A stretch of DNA of 64,000 nucleotides from an uncultured beta proteobacterium (GTDB taxonomy: Bacteria; Pseudomonadota; Gammaproteobacteria; Burkholderiales; Burkholderiaceae_C), in the NCBI GenBank assembly GCA_963738575.1, contig CAVTWY010000002.1, forward strand, positions 233,798-297,797, in the 5' to 3' direction. The notes beneath the pieces were generated by a model. That model saw only the letters and a list, made by a program, of their open reading frames with translations, was not told the DNA's origin and did not search any database. Both the position numbers and the translations under genes were made by a program. Shown here piece by piece: positions 39,092-48,185 of this stretch. Numbering within the stretch: position 1 is the stretch's first letter; the number at the start of each line of letters is the position of its first letter.

Positions 39092-40642
39092 ATGCAGAAC
39101 ATTGAAACTTCCGTGGTCATCGTTGGGGGCGGTCCAGTGGGCCTCACGTTGTCTGCCTTGCTCTCGCGTTATGGCATCGAGCACTGTGTCGTCGAAGCCG
39201 ACGCGGGCTACTGCACCGGAAGTCGGGCCATCTGTGTTTCGCGTCGCTCGCAAGAAATTCTTGCCTGGGCGGGCGCGCAAGCGGGTGTGACCAACAAGGG
39301 TTTGCCATGGACAGGTGGGCGAAGCTACTGGCGCGACAAAGAAGTGCTGAACTTTCAAATGCCGCATGACGCGACCCAACGTTTTGCGCCCATGGTCAAC
39401 ATTCAGCAGTTCTACATCGAGCAGTTTGCGCATGAGGCTGCCAAACGGCAGTTGGGGGCTGATCCCGTCATGTGGGGAACCAGGCTGCAGTCTTTGCGCG
39501 AAGATGCAGACGGTGTGACGGCGAAGGTGGCGTTGGCCGATGGTGCTTTGCGTGAGGTGCGTGCCCAGTACCTGGTGGCTTGCGACGGTGGCCGCAGCAC
39601 GGTGCGCGAGCTCATGGGTCTGCAATTTGAAGGCATGCAATACGAAGGGCGATACGTCATCGTTGACATCGAGCAAAAGACAAAGCGGCCTGTTGAGCGT
39701 TTGGCTTGGTTTGACCCACCGTCCAACCCTGGCAGCACCATCCTGATGCACCGTCAACCCGACGACGTTTGGCGCATCGACTACCAAATTGGCGATGATG
39801 ACGACCCCGAGGCTGCGGTGCTACCAGAAAACGTGTTGCCACGCGTGCAAAGCCACCTGGACATGATCGGCGAGACAGCGCCGTGGAAGCCTCTCTGGAT
39901 TTCGATCTACAACGCCAAGTGCCTGACGCTGCCGCGGTACCGCCACGGGCGCGTGCTGCTGGCGGGTGACGCGGCGCACATGGTGCCCATCTTTGGCGTG
40001 CGTGGGCTCAATTCGGGCCTGGACGACGTTGGCAACCTGGCCTGGAAGCTCGCCCACGTGCTGCAAGGGCGTGCCCGCGACACGTTGCTGGACACCTTCA
40101 GCCAAGAGCGTGTGCACGCCACGCGTGAAAACCTTGCCTACGGGGCCAAGAGCACCGAGTTCATGGCGCCACCAAACCATGGGTTCTCCATCATGCGTGA
40201 GGCTGCCTTGCGTTTGGCCACCGAAAGCCCGCACATCGCGCCGCTCATCAATCCGCGGCAAAGCACGCCCATTGAATACGTTGGCTCTCGCCTCAATTTG
40301 ACGGACGTCGACGAGGGTGTGGCTGCGGCGGGTGTTGGCATGCCAGCCCCCGAGGCTTTGTTGCCCGATGGGTTGGTGCCAGAAAAAAAGCATGTGACGG
40401 AGCTCTTCGGCAAGTGCTACACCTTGCTGCACTTTTCGCTTGCAACTGCAAAACCATCGTGGTCGTTGCAACCAGACTTGCAAATGCTGCGAATCGTCGC
40501 GAAAGGGCAGGCGTGGGACCGCTATGCAGCCACCGACGATTGCGCTTTCTTGATTCGCCCCGATGGCTACATTGCGGCGCGTTGGTCAGCATTCAGCGAA
40601 ACGGCCCTGAATGCCGCACTTGAGCAAACTAAATCGTTATGA
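39092..40642 (+). CDS. FAD-dependent aromatic-ring monooxygenase (MhpA/PcpB-like)
   Basis: GxGxxG (VVIVGGGPVGLTLSALL), DG motif (ACDGGRSTVR), GRVLLAGDAAH, and a C-terminal thioredoxin-like extension. Confidence 0.88.
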   Translation: MQNIETSVVIVGGGPVGLTLSALLSRYGIEHCVVEADAGYCTGSRAICVSRRSQEILAWAGAQAGVTNKGLPWTGGRSYWRDKEVLNFQMPHDATQRFAPMVNIQQFYIEQFAHEAAKRQLGADPVMWGTRLQSLREDADGVTAKVALADGALREVRAQYLVACDGGRSTVRELMGLQFEGMQYEGRYVIVDIEQKTKRPVERLAWFDPPSNPGSTILMHRQPDDVWRIDYQIGDDDDPEAAVLPENVLPRVQSHLDMIGETAPWKPLWISIYNAKCLTLPRYRHGRVLLAGDAAHMVPIFGVRGLNSGLDDVGNLAWKLAHVLQGRARDTLLDTFSQERVHATRENLAYGAKSTEFMAPPNHGFSIMREAALRLATESPHIAPLINPRQSTPIEYVGSRLNLTDVDEGVAAAGVGMPAPEALLPDGLVPEKKHVTELFGKCYTLLHFSLATAKPSWSLQPDLQMLRIVAKGQAWDRYAATDDCAFLIRPDGYIAARWSAFSETALNAALEQTKSL

Positions 40643-40667
40643 GCACGGGTTGGAGGAGGAGGGCACG

Positions 40668-40853
40668 ATGCACACCCTGAATGCGACTGAGATAGATCAC
40701 GTTTACAGCGCGCTAGCAACCGCCATCGCAGCGCAAAGCCCTGAATCACGTGAACGCTTCTACGCCATCCTTTGTTTGCAGTTGGCCAGTCAATGTGAGA
40801 GCCAAGCGCGCGTGCTGCAAGCGATTGATCAAGCTAAACGACTCGCCAACTGA
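40668..40853 (+). CDS. DUF2783 small protein
   Basis: 61 aa (MHTLNATEIDHVYSALATAIAA...RFYAILCLQLASQ). A small protein of this kind typically follows this class of FAD monooxygenase. The family call is from memory. Confidence 0.5.
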   Translation: MHTLNATEIDHVYSALATAIAAQSPESRERFYAILCLQLASQCESQARVLQAIDQAKRLAN

Positions 40854-40903
40854 TACGTCTTTTTGACGGGCAGGGCTGAATTGTCGAGCCGCGCGCAGTG
40901 AGG

Positions 40904-41662
40904 CTAGGCCATGCTGAATGTTTGCAGTCGCATCGACGGCCGATCAACGATTACGGCAGCCCAAGCGTCCGTCGACAGTTTCCCTGCTCGCAAGGTCCAA
41001 CGCGCAGCTTCAAGGGTTGAACCGCGAATCGACTTCAACTGCACCGCCGTCTTGGGGTCAACCGCCACGCAAAACCCGTCCAAAGGTATCGACAAGCCAC
41101 CACCCAATGCCTTCACGTAGGCCTCCTTGCACGTCCAGCAGCGCAAGAAGCCATCCAAGCGTACGTCAAGTGGCAAGGCCATCAACTCGGCTCGCTCTTC
41201 CGCCGCAAAATGGCTTTTGGCGATCGCTTCGATTTCAGGTACTGCGTGCATGGCCTCCAAATCGATCCCGATGGTGAGGCCACGCGCTACGCCAATCAGT
41301 GCGTGATGGCCCGAGTGAGACAAGTTGAACACCAGGGGTTCACCAGGTAAGGGTGTGACCAGCGACGGCTTGCCTTCACGCCCCAGTGCAAACTGCAGCG
41401 ACTTCGGGTCGTTGCCGGTGTAGTGCCCCAAGATCGTGCGCAGCAGGCCGTGTGTCACTTCGTGGTGGCGCCGGTCTTTGGGCGACACGAAGCGCGCAGC
41501 GCGAGCTCGTTCGTGGTCGTCAAGCAGCGCGGCAAGTTCCTGGGCGATTCGTGGTGGGTTGTCCAAGTCGACCAACCACGCGTGCACGTCACCCGGTGGC
41601 AAATCAGTGGCCACTGAATACAAGGCTGTTTGGGGCCATCCCCAATCGATGGGTGTCAGCAT
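40904..41662 (-). CDS. Sfp/EntD-type 4'-phosphopantetheinyl transferase
   Basis: PPTase motifs: ERARAARFVSPKDRRHHEVTHGLLR, GKPSL, FNLSHSGHHALIGV, GIDLE, and WTCKEAYVKALG. The maximal ORF extends to 41824. Confidence 0.85.
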   Translation of the reverse strand: MLTPIDWGWPQTALYSVATDLPPGDVHAWLVDLDNPPRIAQELAALLDDHERARAARFVSPKDRRHHEVTHGLLRTILGHYTGNDPKSLQFALGREGKPSLVTPLPGEPLVFNLSHSGHHALIGVARGLTIGIDLEAMHAVPEIEAIAKSHFAAEERAELMALPLDVRLDGFLRCWTCKEAYVKALGGGLSIPLDGFCVAVDPKTAVQLKSIRGSTLEAARWTLRAGKLSTDAWAAVIVDRPSMRLQTFSMA

Positions 41663-41812
41663 GAGCGCGATGTCCACCAGCGTGTTGGCGCTGCCACCAT
41701 CGGGCTCGCTTGGTGTGAAGTCATGGACGGTGGAGGCATGGGGCGATGCTGCGTGGGTTTGGCTTGCCACATGAGCATAGACCATGATCGGTATGATGAA
41801 AGTGTGACGACC

Positions 41813-42448
41813 ATGCTGACGCATTCAACAACGGCCATGAGCCAAACCGAGCAAGATCGCTTTGGCATGCGTCTGGCGCTGGACCAAGCGCTTAACGCCC
41901 AATTGGCAGGTGAAGTGCCCGTCGGCGCTGTGATCATGCGCCGCGATGCCACAGGCTTGCATGTGGTGGCCACCGGCTACAACCGCCCCATCACCACCCA
42001 CGACCCCACCGCGCATGCCGAAGTGATTGCGCTGCGCCAAGCCGCGCACATGCAAAGCAACTACCGCCTACCTGACCTGGAGCTGTACGTGACGCTGGAG
42101 CCCTGCGCCATGTGTGCCATGGCGATGATGCACGCCCGCATCAAACGCGTGGTGTTTGGGGCGCTGGACCCGAAGACGGGCGCTGCTGGCTCGGTGCTTA
42201 ACTTGTTTGACGACGGGCGGTTGAACCACCAAACCCAGGTGATAGGCGGCGTTGAAGCCGCGGCGTGCGGGCAATTGCTCAAATCGTTTTTTGCGCAGCG
42301 TCGTGCCGAGCAAAAGGGTACGGCGCGACATGAGACAGCAACGCCGTCGCCGACGATGAACACCGCTGACGCTGACGACGAGCGCATGCCGTTGCCCCAT
42401 GTGATCGAAGAACACGAGCCAACCCCAGACGCGAAGCCCCACCCATGA
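41813..42448 (+). CDS. tadA: tRNA adenosine(34) deaminase TadA with an acidic/Pro-rich C-terminal tail
   Basis: CDA zinc motifs HAEVIAL and TLEPCAMCAMAM. About 55 extra C-terminal residues. The stop overlaps the ldcA ATG (ATGA). Confidence 0.9.
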   Translation: MLTHSTTAMSQTEQDRFGMRLALDQALNAQLAGEVPVGAVIMRRDATGLHVVATGYNRPITTHDPTAHAEVIALRQAAHMQSNYRLPDLELYVTLEPCAMCAMAMMHARIKRVVFGALDPKTGAAGSVLNLFDDGRLNHQTQVIGGVEAAACGQLLKSFFAQRRAEQKGTARHETATPSPTMNTADADDERMPLPHVIEEHEPTPDAKPHP

Positions 42449-43359
42449 CGCAAACGCTTACGTTGATTTCGCCCGCAGGCGTCGTCACCAAACCCAAAGC
42501 ACTCACGCTGGCCGCCAAGCGCCTCAAGGGCTTGGGCTTTGACGTGCAGATGGACCCCAGCGCCCGCGCCAAACACCAGCGTTTTGCGGGTGACGACGAC
42601 GAGCGATTGGACGCTTTGCACCGGGTGGCACGCCAGTGCCCTGATGTGGCTCTGGCCACGCGGGGTGGGTACGGTTTGACGCGGCTGCTCGACCGCATTG
42701 ATTGGGCGTTGCTGGCCAAGGGCGTCGCGCAGGGCACGCGCTGGGTGGGCCAAAGTGACATGACGTCGCTGCAGTTGGGCTTGTTGGCCCGAGGGCCGCA
42801 CATCACCTGGGCAGGACCCTTGGCCTGCGACCACTTTGGACGCACCGACGAAGTGGGAGGGCTTGATGACGTCACGGCAGGGTGCTTTGTGGAGGCCATG
42901 GACGGTTCTCTTGAGGCGGTGGGTTTTCGCTGCGGTGACGGCTTTGACGGTTTGACGGTTCGTGGCACCTTGTGGGGCGGCAACTTGTGCGTGGTGATGA
43001 GCTTGCTCGGCACGCCCCATTGGCCACAAGTCAAAGGCGGCATTCTGTTTTTGGAAGACGTGAACGAACACCCCTACCGGATCGAGCGCAACTTGCTGCA
43101 ATTGCATCAGGCTGGCGTGCTCGATCGGCAGCGTGCCATTGTGCTGGGCAGTTTCACCGGTTACAAGGCCGCCGCGCATGACCGCGGATACACGCTCAAA
43201 ACAGTCGTCAGCCACTTGCGTTCACTCACCAAGGTGCCGATTCTCACTGGTTTACCCCTGGGTCATGTGCCCACCACCGTCACGGTTCCCACCGGCGCAC
43301 GCGTCAATCTTGCGGTGCAAGGTCGCGAAGCCTTCCTCGGCTGGGGCCACACGCACTAA
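42445..43359 (+). CDS. ldcA: LD-carboxypeptidase (S66, LdcA-like)
   Basis: RFAGDDDERLDAL, ATRGGYGLTRLL, GQSDMTSL (Ser nucleophile block), and C-terminal GLPLGHV. Confidence 0.85.
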   Translation: MTQTLTLISPAGVVTKPKALTLAAKRLKGLGFDVQMDPSARAKHQRFAGDDDERLDALHRVARQCPDVALATRGGYGLTRLLDRIDWALLAKGVAQGTRWVGQSDMTSLQLGLLARGPHITWAGPLACDHFGRTDEVGGLDDVTAGCFVEAMDGSLEAVGFRCGDGFDGLTVRGTLWGGNLCVVMSLLGTPHWPQVKGGILFLEDVNEHPYRIERNLLQLHQAGVLDRQRAIVLGSFTGYKAAAHDRGYTLKTVVSHLRSLTKVPILTGLPLGHVPTTVTVPTGARVNLAVQGREAFLGWGHTH

Positions 43360-43504
43360 GTAGCTCTAGAATTCGCACCGCAGTGCCAAGCGCTTCCAGC
43401 CCACCATCCGTGGCTCGGCGGCACCGGGCTTTAGGTCGAGCGACGCCACCCGCGCCAATGGCTCTGCAATGATGTTTTCAGGAGTACCGCGCATGGGCGG
43501 TTGG

Positions 43505-45745
43505 ATGACCGGTAAGGCGTTGACGCGATGGCGGCTGGGGGCCGTGTTGGCCATGGCCATGGGCTTGCTCGGCGGCTGCAACAACAGCCCGTGGCCCATG
43601 GGCTCGGCCAAAGACAACGTGCTGTTCAATTCGTTCGACGAGCGCTCACCGCGCTACCTCGACCCGGTGGCTTCGTACAGCAATCCCGAGTCGGCCTACA
43701 CGTTTCAGATGTACGAGCCGCTTTACGGCTACCACTACTTGAAGCGGCCGTACGAGTTGGTGCCCAAGACAGCCCAGGCTGTGGTCGAGCCGTATTACGT
43801 TGACAAGGCAGGCGTCAGGCTGCCGCAAGACGCCCCGCCTGAGACCATCGCCGAGAGCATCTACGAGATCAAGATCAAGCCGGGCATCAAGTTTGCGCCG
43901 CACCCCGCCCTGGCCGTGGATGCGCAAGGACGTTACCGCTACCACGCACTAACAACGCAGCAACTGGTCGGCAAACGTTCGCCGCTCGACTTTGAGCACC
44001 AAGGCACACGAGAGTTGGTGGCCGAAGACTACGTTTACGGTCTCAAACGCCACGCCACGCCCCGCATCGAGACGCCCATCTATGGCATCTTTGCCGAGTA
44101 CGTCGTGGGCTTGAAGGAATACCGCGACTTGATTGCCAAAGAGAGCTCCAAACAACTCAAAGGGCTGCCCGAGGACCTCAGCGACAAGCCCTTTCTTGAT
44201 TTTCGCCAGTGGCCCCTGGAGGGCGTGACGGCTCCTGATAAATACACCGTGCGCATGCGCATCAAGGGCAAGTACCCTCAATGGAAGTACTGGTTGGCGA
44301 TGCCTTTCACGGCGCCCATGGCGTGGGAGGCTGACGCTTTTTACGCGCAGCAGGGCATGGCCGACAACTCGATGTCACTCAATCAGTGGCCCGTGGGCAC
44401 CGGGGCCTTCATGATGACTGAGTACGTGCAAGACCGCCGCCACGTCATGTCACGCAACCCCAACTACCACGGTGATACGTACCCGTGCGATGGCTCTGCC
44501 GCCGACGAGGCAGCGGGTTACCTCAAAGACTGCGGCAAACCGCTGCCGTTTGTTGACAAGATCATCTCGGTGATCGTGAAAGAAAAAACGCCTCGCAAAG
44601 AGATGTTCAAACAAGGCTACTTGGACGTGCCAGAGATTGAGCGGCCCGAGTGGGGCGTTAACTTTCGCGCCGACGCCGACGACTCAACCAAGGTCAAGGC
44701 CGATTTCGACGCCAAAGGGTTTCAGTTCCCGCAGGTGTCCGACATGAACAACTGGTACCTGGGCTTCAACATGCTCGACCCCGTGGTGGGCAAAGGCGAG
44801 ACGGAAGCCCAGCGGCAGCGCAACCGCAAGTTGCGCCAAGCCATCTCGATGGTGATCGATTGGGAAGAGGGCTACGGCAATATCTTCAAGCACAAAGGGG
44901 GCGACGCCGCCCATGGGCCGGTGCCGCCTGGGGTGTTCGGGTCGCGCGAGGGCACGGTGTTAGGCCACAACCCCGTGACGCACCGCGTGGTCAATGGGGT
45001 GGTGGAGCGCCGCCCCATCGAAGACGCCAAAAAGCTCATGGTCGAAGCGGGCTACCCCGATGGCCGGGACGCCGTGACAGGCAAGCCCTTGGTGTTGAAC
45101 TACGACTTTCAGCGCGCCCTGACGCCCGAGTTTCGCGCCGAAAACGATTGGCTGGTGAAGCAGTTTGCCAAGATCGGCGTGCAATTGGAGATTCGCGCCA
45201 CTGACTTCAACCAGTTTCAAGACAAAGTGCTAAAGGGCAAGCACCAAGTTTATCGGGCGGGGTGGCTGGCGGACTACCCCGACGCCGAGAACTTTTTGTT
45301 TTTACTTTACGGCCCCAACAGCAAGTCGGTTAGCGAAGGCGAAAACTTGTCCAACTACCAAAACGCCGAGTACGACCGTCTGTACCGCGCCGTGCAAACC
45401 TTGGACGACGGGCCCGCCAAGCAAAAGGCCATGGACGACATGACGCGTTTGGTGCGTGACGATGCCCCTTGGGCCTTTGGCTTTTGGGCCTGGGTTGGCA
45501 CGGCCAACCAGCAATGGGTCTACAACGCCAAGCCCGGCTTGGTCATTCGAGACATGGGGCGCTTTTACCGCGTTGACCCCGCGCTGCGTGTCAAAAAGCA
45601 GTCGGAATGGAACCAGCCAGTGTGGTGGCCGCTGATTGCTTTGGGGCTGATCGCGGTGGCGCTGCTGGTGTTGGCGCGACGCAGCTACGCAGCGCGAGAG
45701 CGCGCCACCGCAACCGTCGCCCCCGCAGCTCTGCAATCGCCATGA
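43505..45745 (+). CDS. Family-5 (peptide/nickel type) ABC substrate-binding lipoprotein with a C-terminal membrane anchor
   Basis: Lipobox LLGGC after a signal peptide, a long SBP_bac_5-like body, and a final hydrophobic helix VWWPLIALGLIAVALLVLA followed by RR. The maximal ORF starts at 43469. Confidence 0.8.
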   Translation: MTGKALTRWRLGAVLAMAMGLLGGCNNSPWPMGSAKDNVLFNSFDERSPRYLDPVASYSNPESAYTFQMYEPLYGYHYLKRPYELVPKTAQAVVEPYYVDKAGVRLPQDAPPETIAESIYEIKIKPGIKFAPHPALAVDAQGRYRYHALTTQQLVGKRSPLDFEHQGTRELVAEDYVYGLKRHATPRIETPIYGIFAEYVVGLKEYRDLIAKESSKQLKGLPEDLSDKPFLDFRQWPLEGVTAPDKYTVRMRIKGKYPQWKYWLAMPFTAPMAWEADAFYAQQGMADNSMSLNQWPVGTGAFMMTEYVQDRRHVMSRNPNYHGDTYPCDGSAADEAAGYLKDCGKPLPFVDKIISVIVKEKTPRKEMFKQGYLDVPEIERPEWGVNFRADADDSTKVKADFDAKGFQFPQVSDMNNWYLGFNMLDPVVGKGETEAQRQRNRKLRQAISMVIDWEEGYGNIFKHKGGDAAHGPVPPGVFGSREGTVLGHNPVTHRVVNGVVERRPIEDAKKLMVEAGYPDGRDAVTGKPLVLNYDFQRALTPEFRAENDWLVKQFAKIGVQLEIRATDFNQFQDKVLKGKHQVYRAGWLADYPDAENFLFLLYGPNSKSVSEGENLSNYQNAEYDRLYRAVQTLDDGPAKQKAMDDMTRLVRDDAPWAFGFWAWVGTANQQWVYNAKPGLVIRDMGRFYRVDPALRVKKQSEWNQPVWWPLIALGLIAVALLVLARRSYAARERATATVAPAALQSP

Positions 45746-46726
45746 TCAACTTCATCATCCGCCGCATGGGCTACGGGGTGCTGATTTTGATCGGCGTCAA
45801 TTTACTCACGTTTTTTCTGTTCTTCACCGTCAACACGCCCGACGACATGGCGCGCTTGAACATCGGTGGCAAGCGTGTGACGCAAGACCAAATTGACAAG
45901 TGGAAGCGGGAACGGGGCTACGACAAGCCGCTTTACTGGAACGACCAAGCGCAAGGGGCGGCCAAGGCCACCGATACCGTTTTTTGGGACCGCTCGGTGT
46001 CGCTCTTCACCCTCGACTTTGGGCGCTCCGACGCCAGACGCGCCGTCAACATTGGCCACGAGGTCAAGACGCGCATGGCGGTTAGCTTGCAACTGGCGGT
46101 GCCCATCTTCATTCTGCAGGTGATCGTCAGCACGACCTTTGCCTTGCTGTTGGTGTTTTTCCGGCACACGCGAATCGACTTCTGGGGCGTGGTGCTGTGT
46201 GTGTTGATGCTTTCCATCTCCTCGCTTTTTTACATCATCGTCGGGCAGTTTTTGTTCTCGCGCGTGTTCAAACTGGTGCCCATCAGCGGGTATGCGCCGG
46301 GCTTGGCAGCCGTGCAATTTTTGTTGTTGCCTATTGCGCTGTCATTGCTCTCGCGGTTGGGGTCCGAGGCGCGCTTGTACCGCGCCATGTTCTTGGAAGA
46401 AATCGGCAAGGACTACGTCCGCACGGCGCGCGCCAAGGGCCTGAAAGAGCAGGTGGTGTTGTTTAAGCACGTGCTGCGCAACGCCATGATCCCCGTCATC
46501 ACCAGCGCTGGCGCCTACTTGCCGTACGTGTTTTTGGGCAGCTTGGTGTTTCGAGAGCTTCTTTGGCATCCCCGGCCTGGGCGCCTTCGTGATCGAGGCC
46601 ATCTCTGGCCAAGACTTTGCCATTGTGCGAACGATGGTGTTCTTGAGCGCCTTGCTCTACATCGCCAGCCAAACGTTTGTTGACGTGGCGTACACGTGGG
46701 TTGATCCCCGCGTGCGCTTGGCTTAG
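45742..46726 (+). CDS. ABC permease (DppB/OppB-like), one frame break near the 3' end
   Basis: MINFIIRRMGYGVLILIGVNLLTFFLFF N-terminus. After about 46550 the conserved ESFFGIPGLGAFVIEAISGQDFAIVRTMVFLSALLYIASQTFVDVAYTWVDPRVRLA is only readable in another frame, which ends with TAG at 46724-46726. Confidence 0.8.
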
Positions 46727-46736
46727 GGGTCGCGCC

Positions 46737-48179
46737 ATGGGCTTCAAGCTGGTGATTCTTTGGACGGACGTGGCCTTGTGGCTGCTGTTTGCGTCGTTGG
46801 TTGGTTACATCGTCTTTGTGCGCAAGCGGCCTAACTTGCTCAACAACTGGCGCAAGGTGTTGCACGATCACGCCGCACTGTCGGCCGGTGTGGTTTTGGC
46901 GCTGTTTGCCGTGGTGACGATGCTGGACAGTGTGCACTTTCGTCGCAGCGTGACGCCAACGGGCGCCACAAGCCAGACCTTTTACGACTCACGCACCGAA
47001 TCGGTCCTCGACCTGGTGTTGCAGCGGCCCATTGCCATGCGTGAGACCAGCTACTCGGGTCCGCTGGCCACCCATGGATTGAACAAAGAGACGGTCGAGC
47101 AAAACGGCAAAATCGTGCGCGATTACGCACGCCTTGAGTTTGGCGGCGCGCACCTGAAAGACCCTGAGCGCGATTGGCAAGCTGATGTGCTTTCGCGCGT
47201 CGCGCTTGGTCTGTTTGGGGGCGTATTGGCTTTTGTGGCGTTGACGCTGTTGGCAGCCATGGCGCTGTCAAAACGGCATGGATCGTTTCAGCGGGCGCTG
47301 CGCGACATGGCCAGTGACACCACCGAGTACCCCGTCCGTGGCGTGCTGGCCACGTTGTTGGTTATTTGCTTGGTGGTGGGGCCCGCTGTGGCATTGATGG
47401 GCCACTACCACGTGCTGGGCACCAACCAAACAGGCTCTGATGTGTTGGTGTTGGCGCTCAAGGGTGTGCGCACGGCCTTTGTGATTGGGGCGCTTTCCAC
47501 GCTGGCAACGCTGCCCCTGGCTATTGTGTTTGGCATCCTGGCGGGTTATTTTGGCGGCTGGGTGGACGAAGTCATCCAGTACCTCTACACCACGCTGACG
47601 TCGGTGCCCAACGTGTTGTTGATTGCTGCATGCGTGTTGATGGTTCAGGTGTTCTTGGACAAGAATCCCGACCTTTTTGAAACCGGGCTTGAACGGGCCG
47701 ACCTCAAAATGTTTCTGTTGTGCGTCATTTTGGGCATCACTGGGTGGTCCAGCCTGTGTCGTTTGATTCGGGGCGAAACGCTCAAATTGCGAGAGCTTGA
47801 GTACGTGCAGGCAGCGCAGGCCTTTGGGGTGGGCAGCATCAAAATCATGATGCGGCACATCGCACCCAACGTGATGCACCTGGTTCTCATCACAACGGTG
47901 TTGAGCTTTTCTGACCTTATTCTTTACGAGGCCGTTTTGACGTATGTGGGCGTCGGTGTTGACGGTTCGATGCAAAGCTTTGGCGGCATGATCAACCTGG
48001 CGCGCACCGAGATGAGCCGCGACCCGGTGGTGTGGTGGAGTTTTGCCGCAGCCTTTGTTTTCATGGTTACCTTGGTGCTCGCGGCCAACTTGTTTGCCGA
48101 CGGTGTGCGCGACGCCTTTGACCCTCGCGCCAGAACCTTCCGTGTGCGCCGCGTGGCGCGCCCGGTGGTGCAGGGGTGA
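46737..48179 (+). CDS. ABC permease (DppC/OppC-like) with a roughly 200-aa N-terminal extension
   Basis: C-terminal binding-protein-dependent transport core (GWSSLCRLIRGETLKLRELEYVQAAQAFG, LANLFADGVRDAFDPR). Confidence 0.85.
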   Translation: MGFKLVILWTDVALWLLFASLVGYIVFVRKRPNLLNNWRKVLHDHAALSAGVVLALFAVVTMLDSVHFRRSVTPTGATSQTFYDSRTESVLDLVLQRPIAMRETSYSGPLATHGLNKETVEQNGKIVRDYARLEFGGAHLKDPERDWQADVLSRVALGLFGGVLAFVALTLLAAMALSKRHGSFQRALRDMASDTTEYPVRGVLATLLVICLVVGPAVALMGHYHVLGTNQTGSDVLVLALKGVRTAFVIGALSTLATLPLAIVFGILAGYFGGWVDEVIQYLYTTLTSVPNVLLIAACVLMVQVFLDKNPDLFETGLERADLKMFLLCVILGITGWSSLCRLIRGETLKLRELEYVQAAQAFGVGSIKIMMRHIAPNVMHLVLITTVLSFSDLILYEAVLTYVGVGVDGSMQSFGGMINLARTEMSRDPVVWWSFAAAFVFMVTLVLAANLFADGVRDAFDPRARTFRVRRVARPVVQG

Positions 48180-48185
48180 TGCACC

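Noticed and set aside
42061-43215. 384-aa minus-strand ORF
   Set aside because: It is antisense to tadA and ldcA, and no motifs are recognisable.
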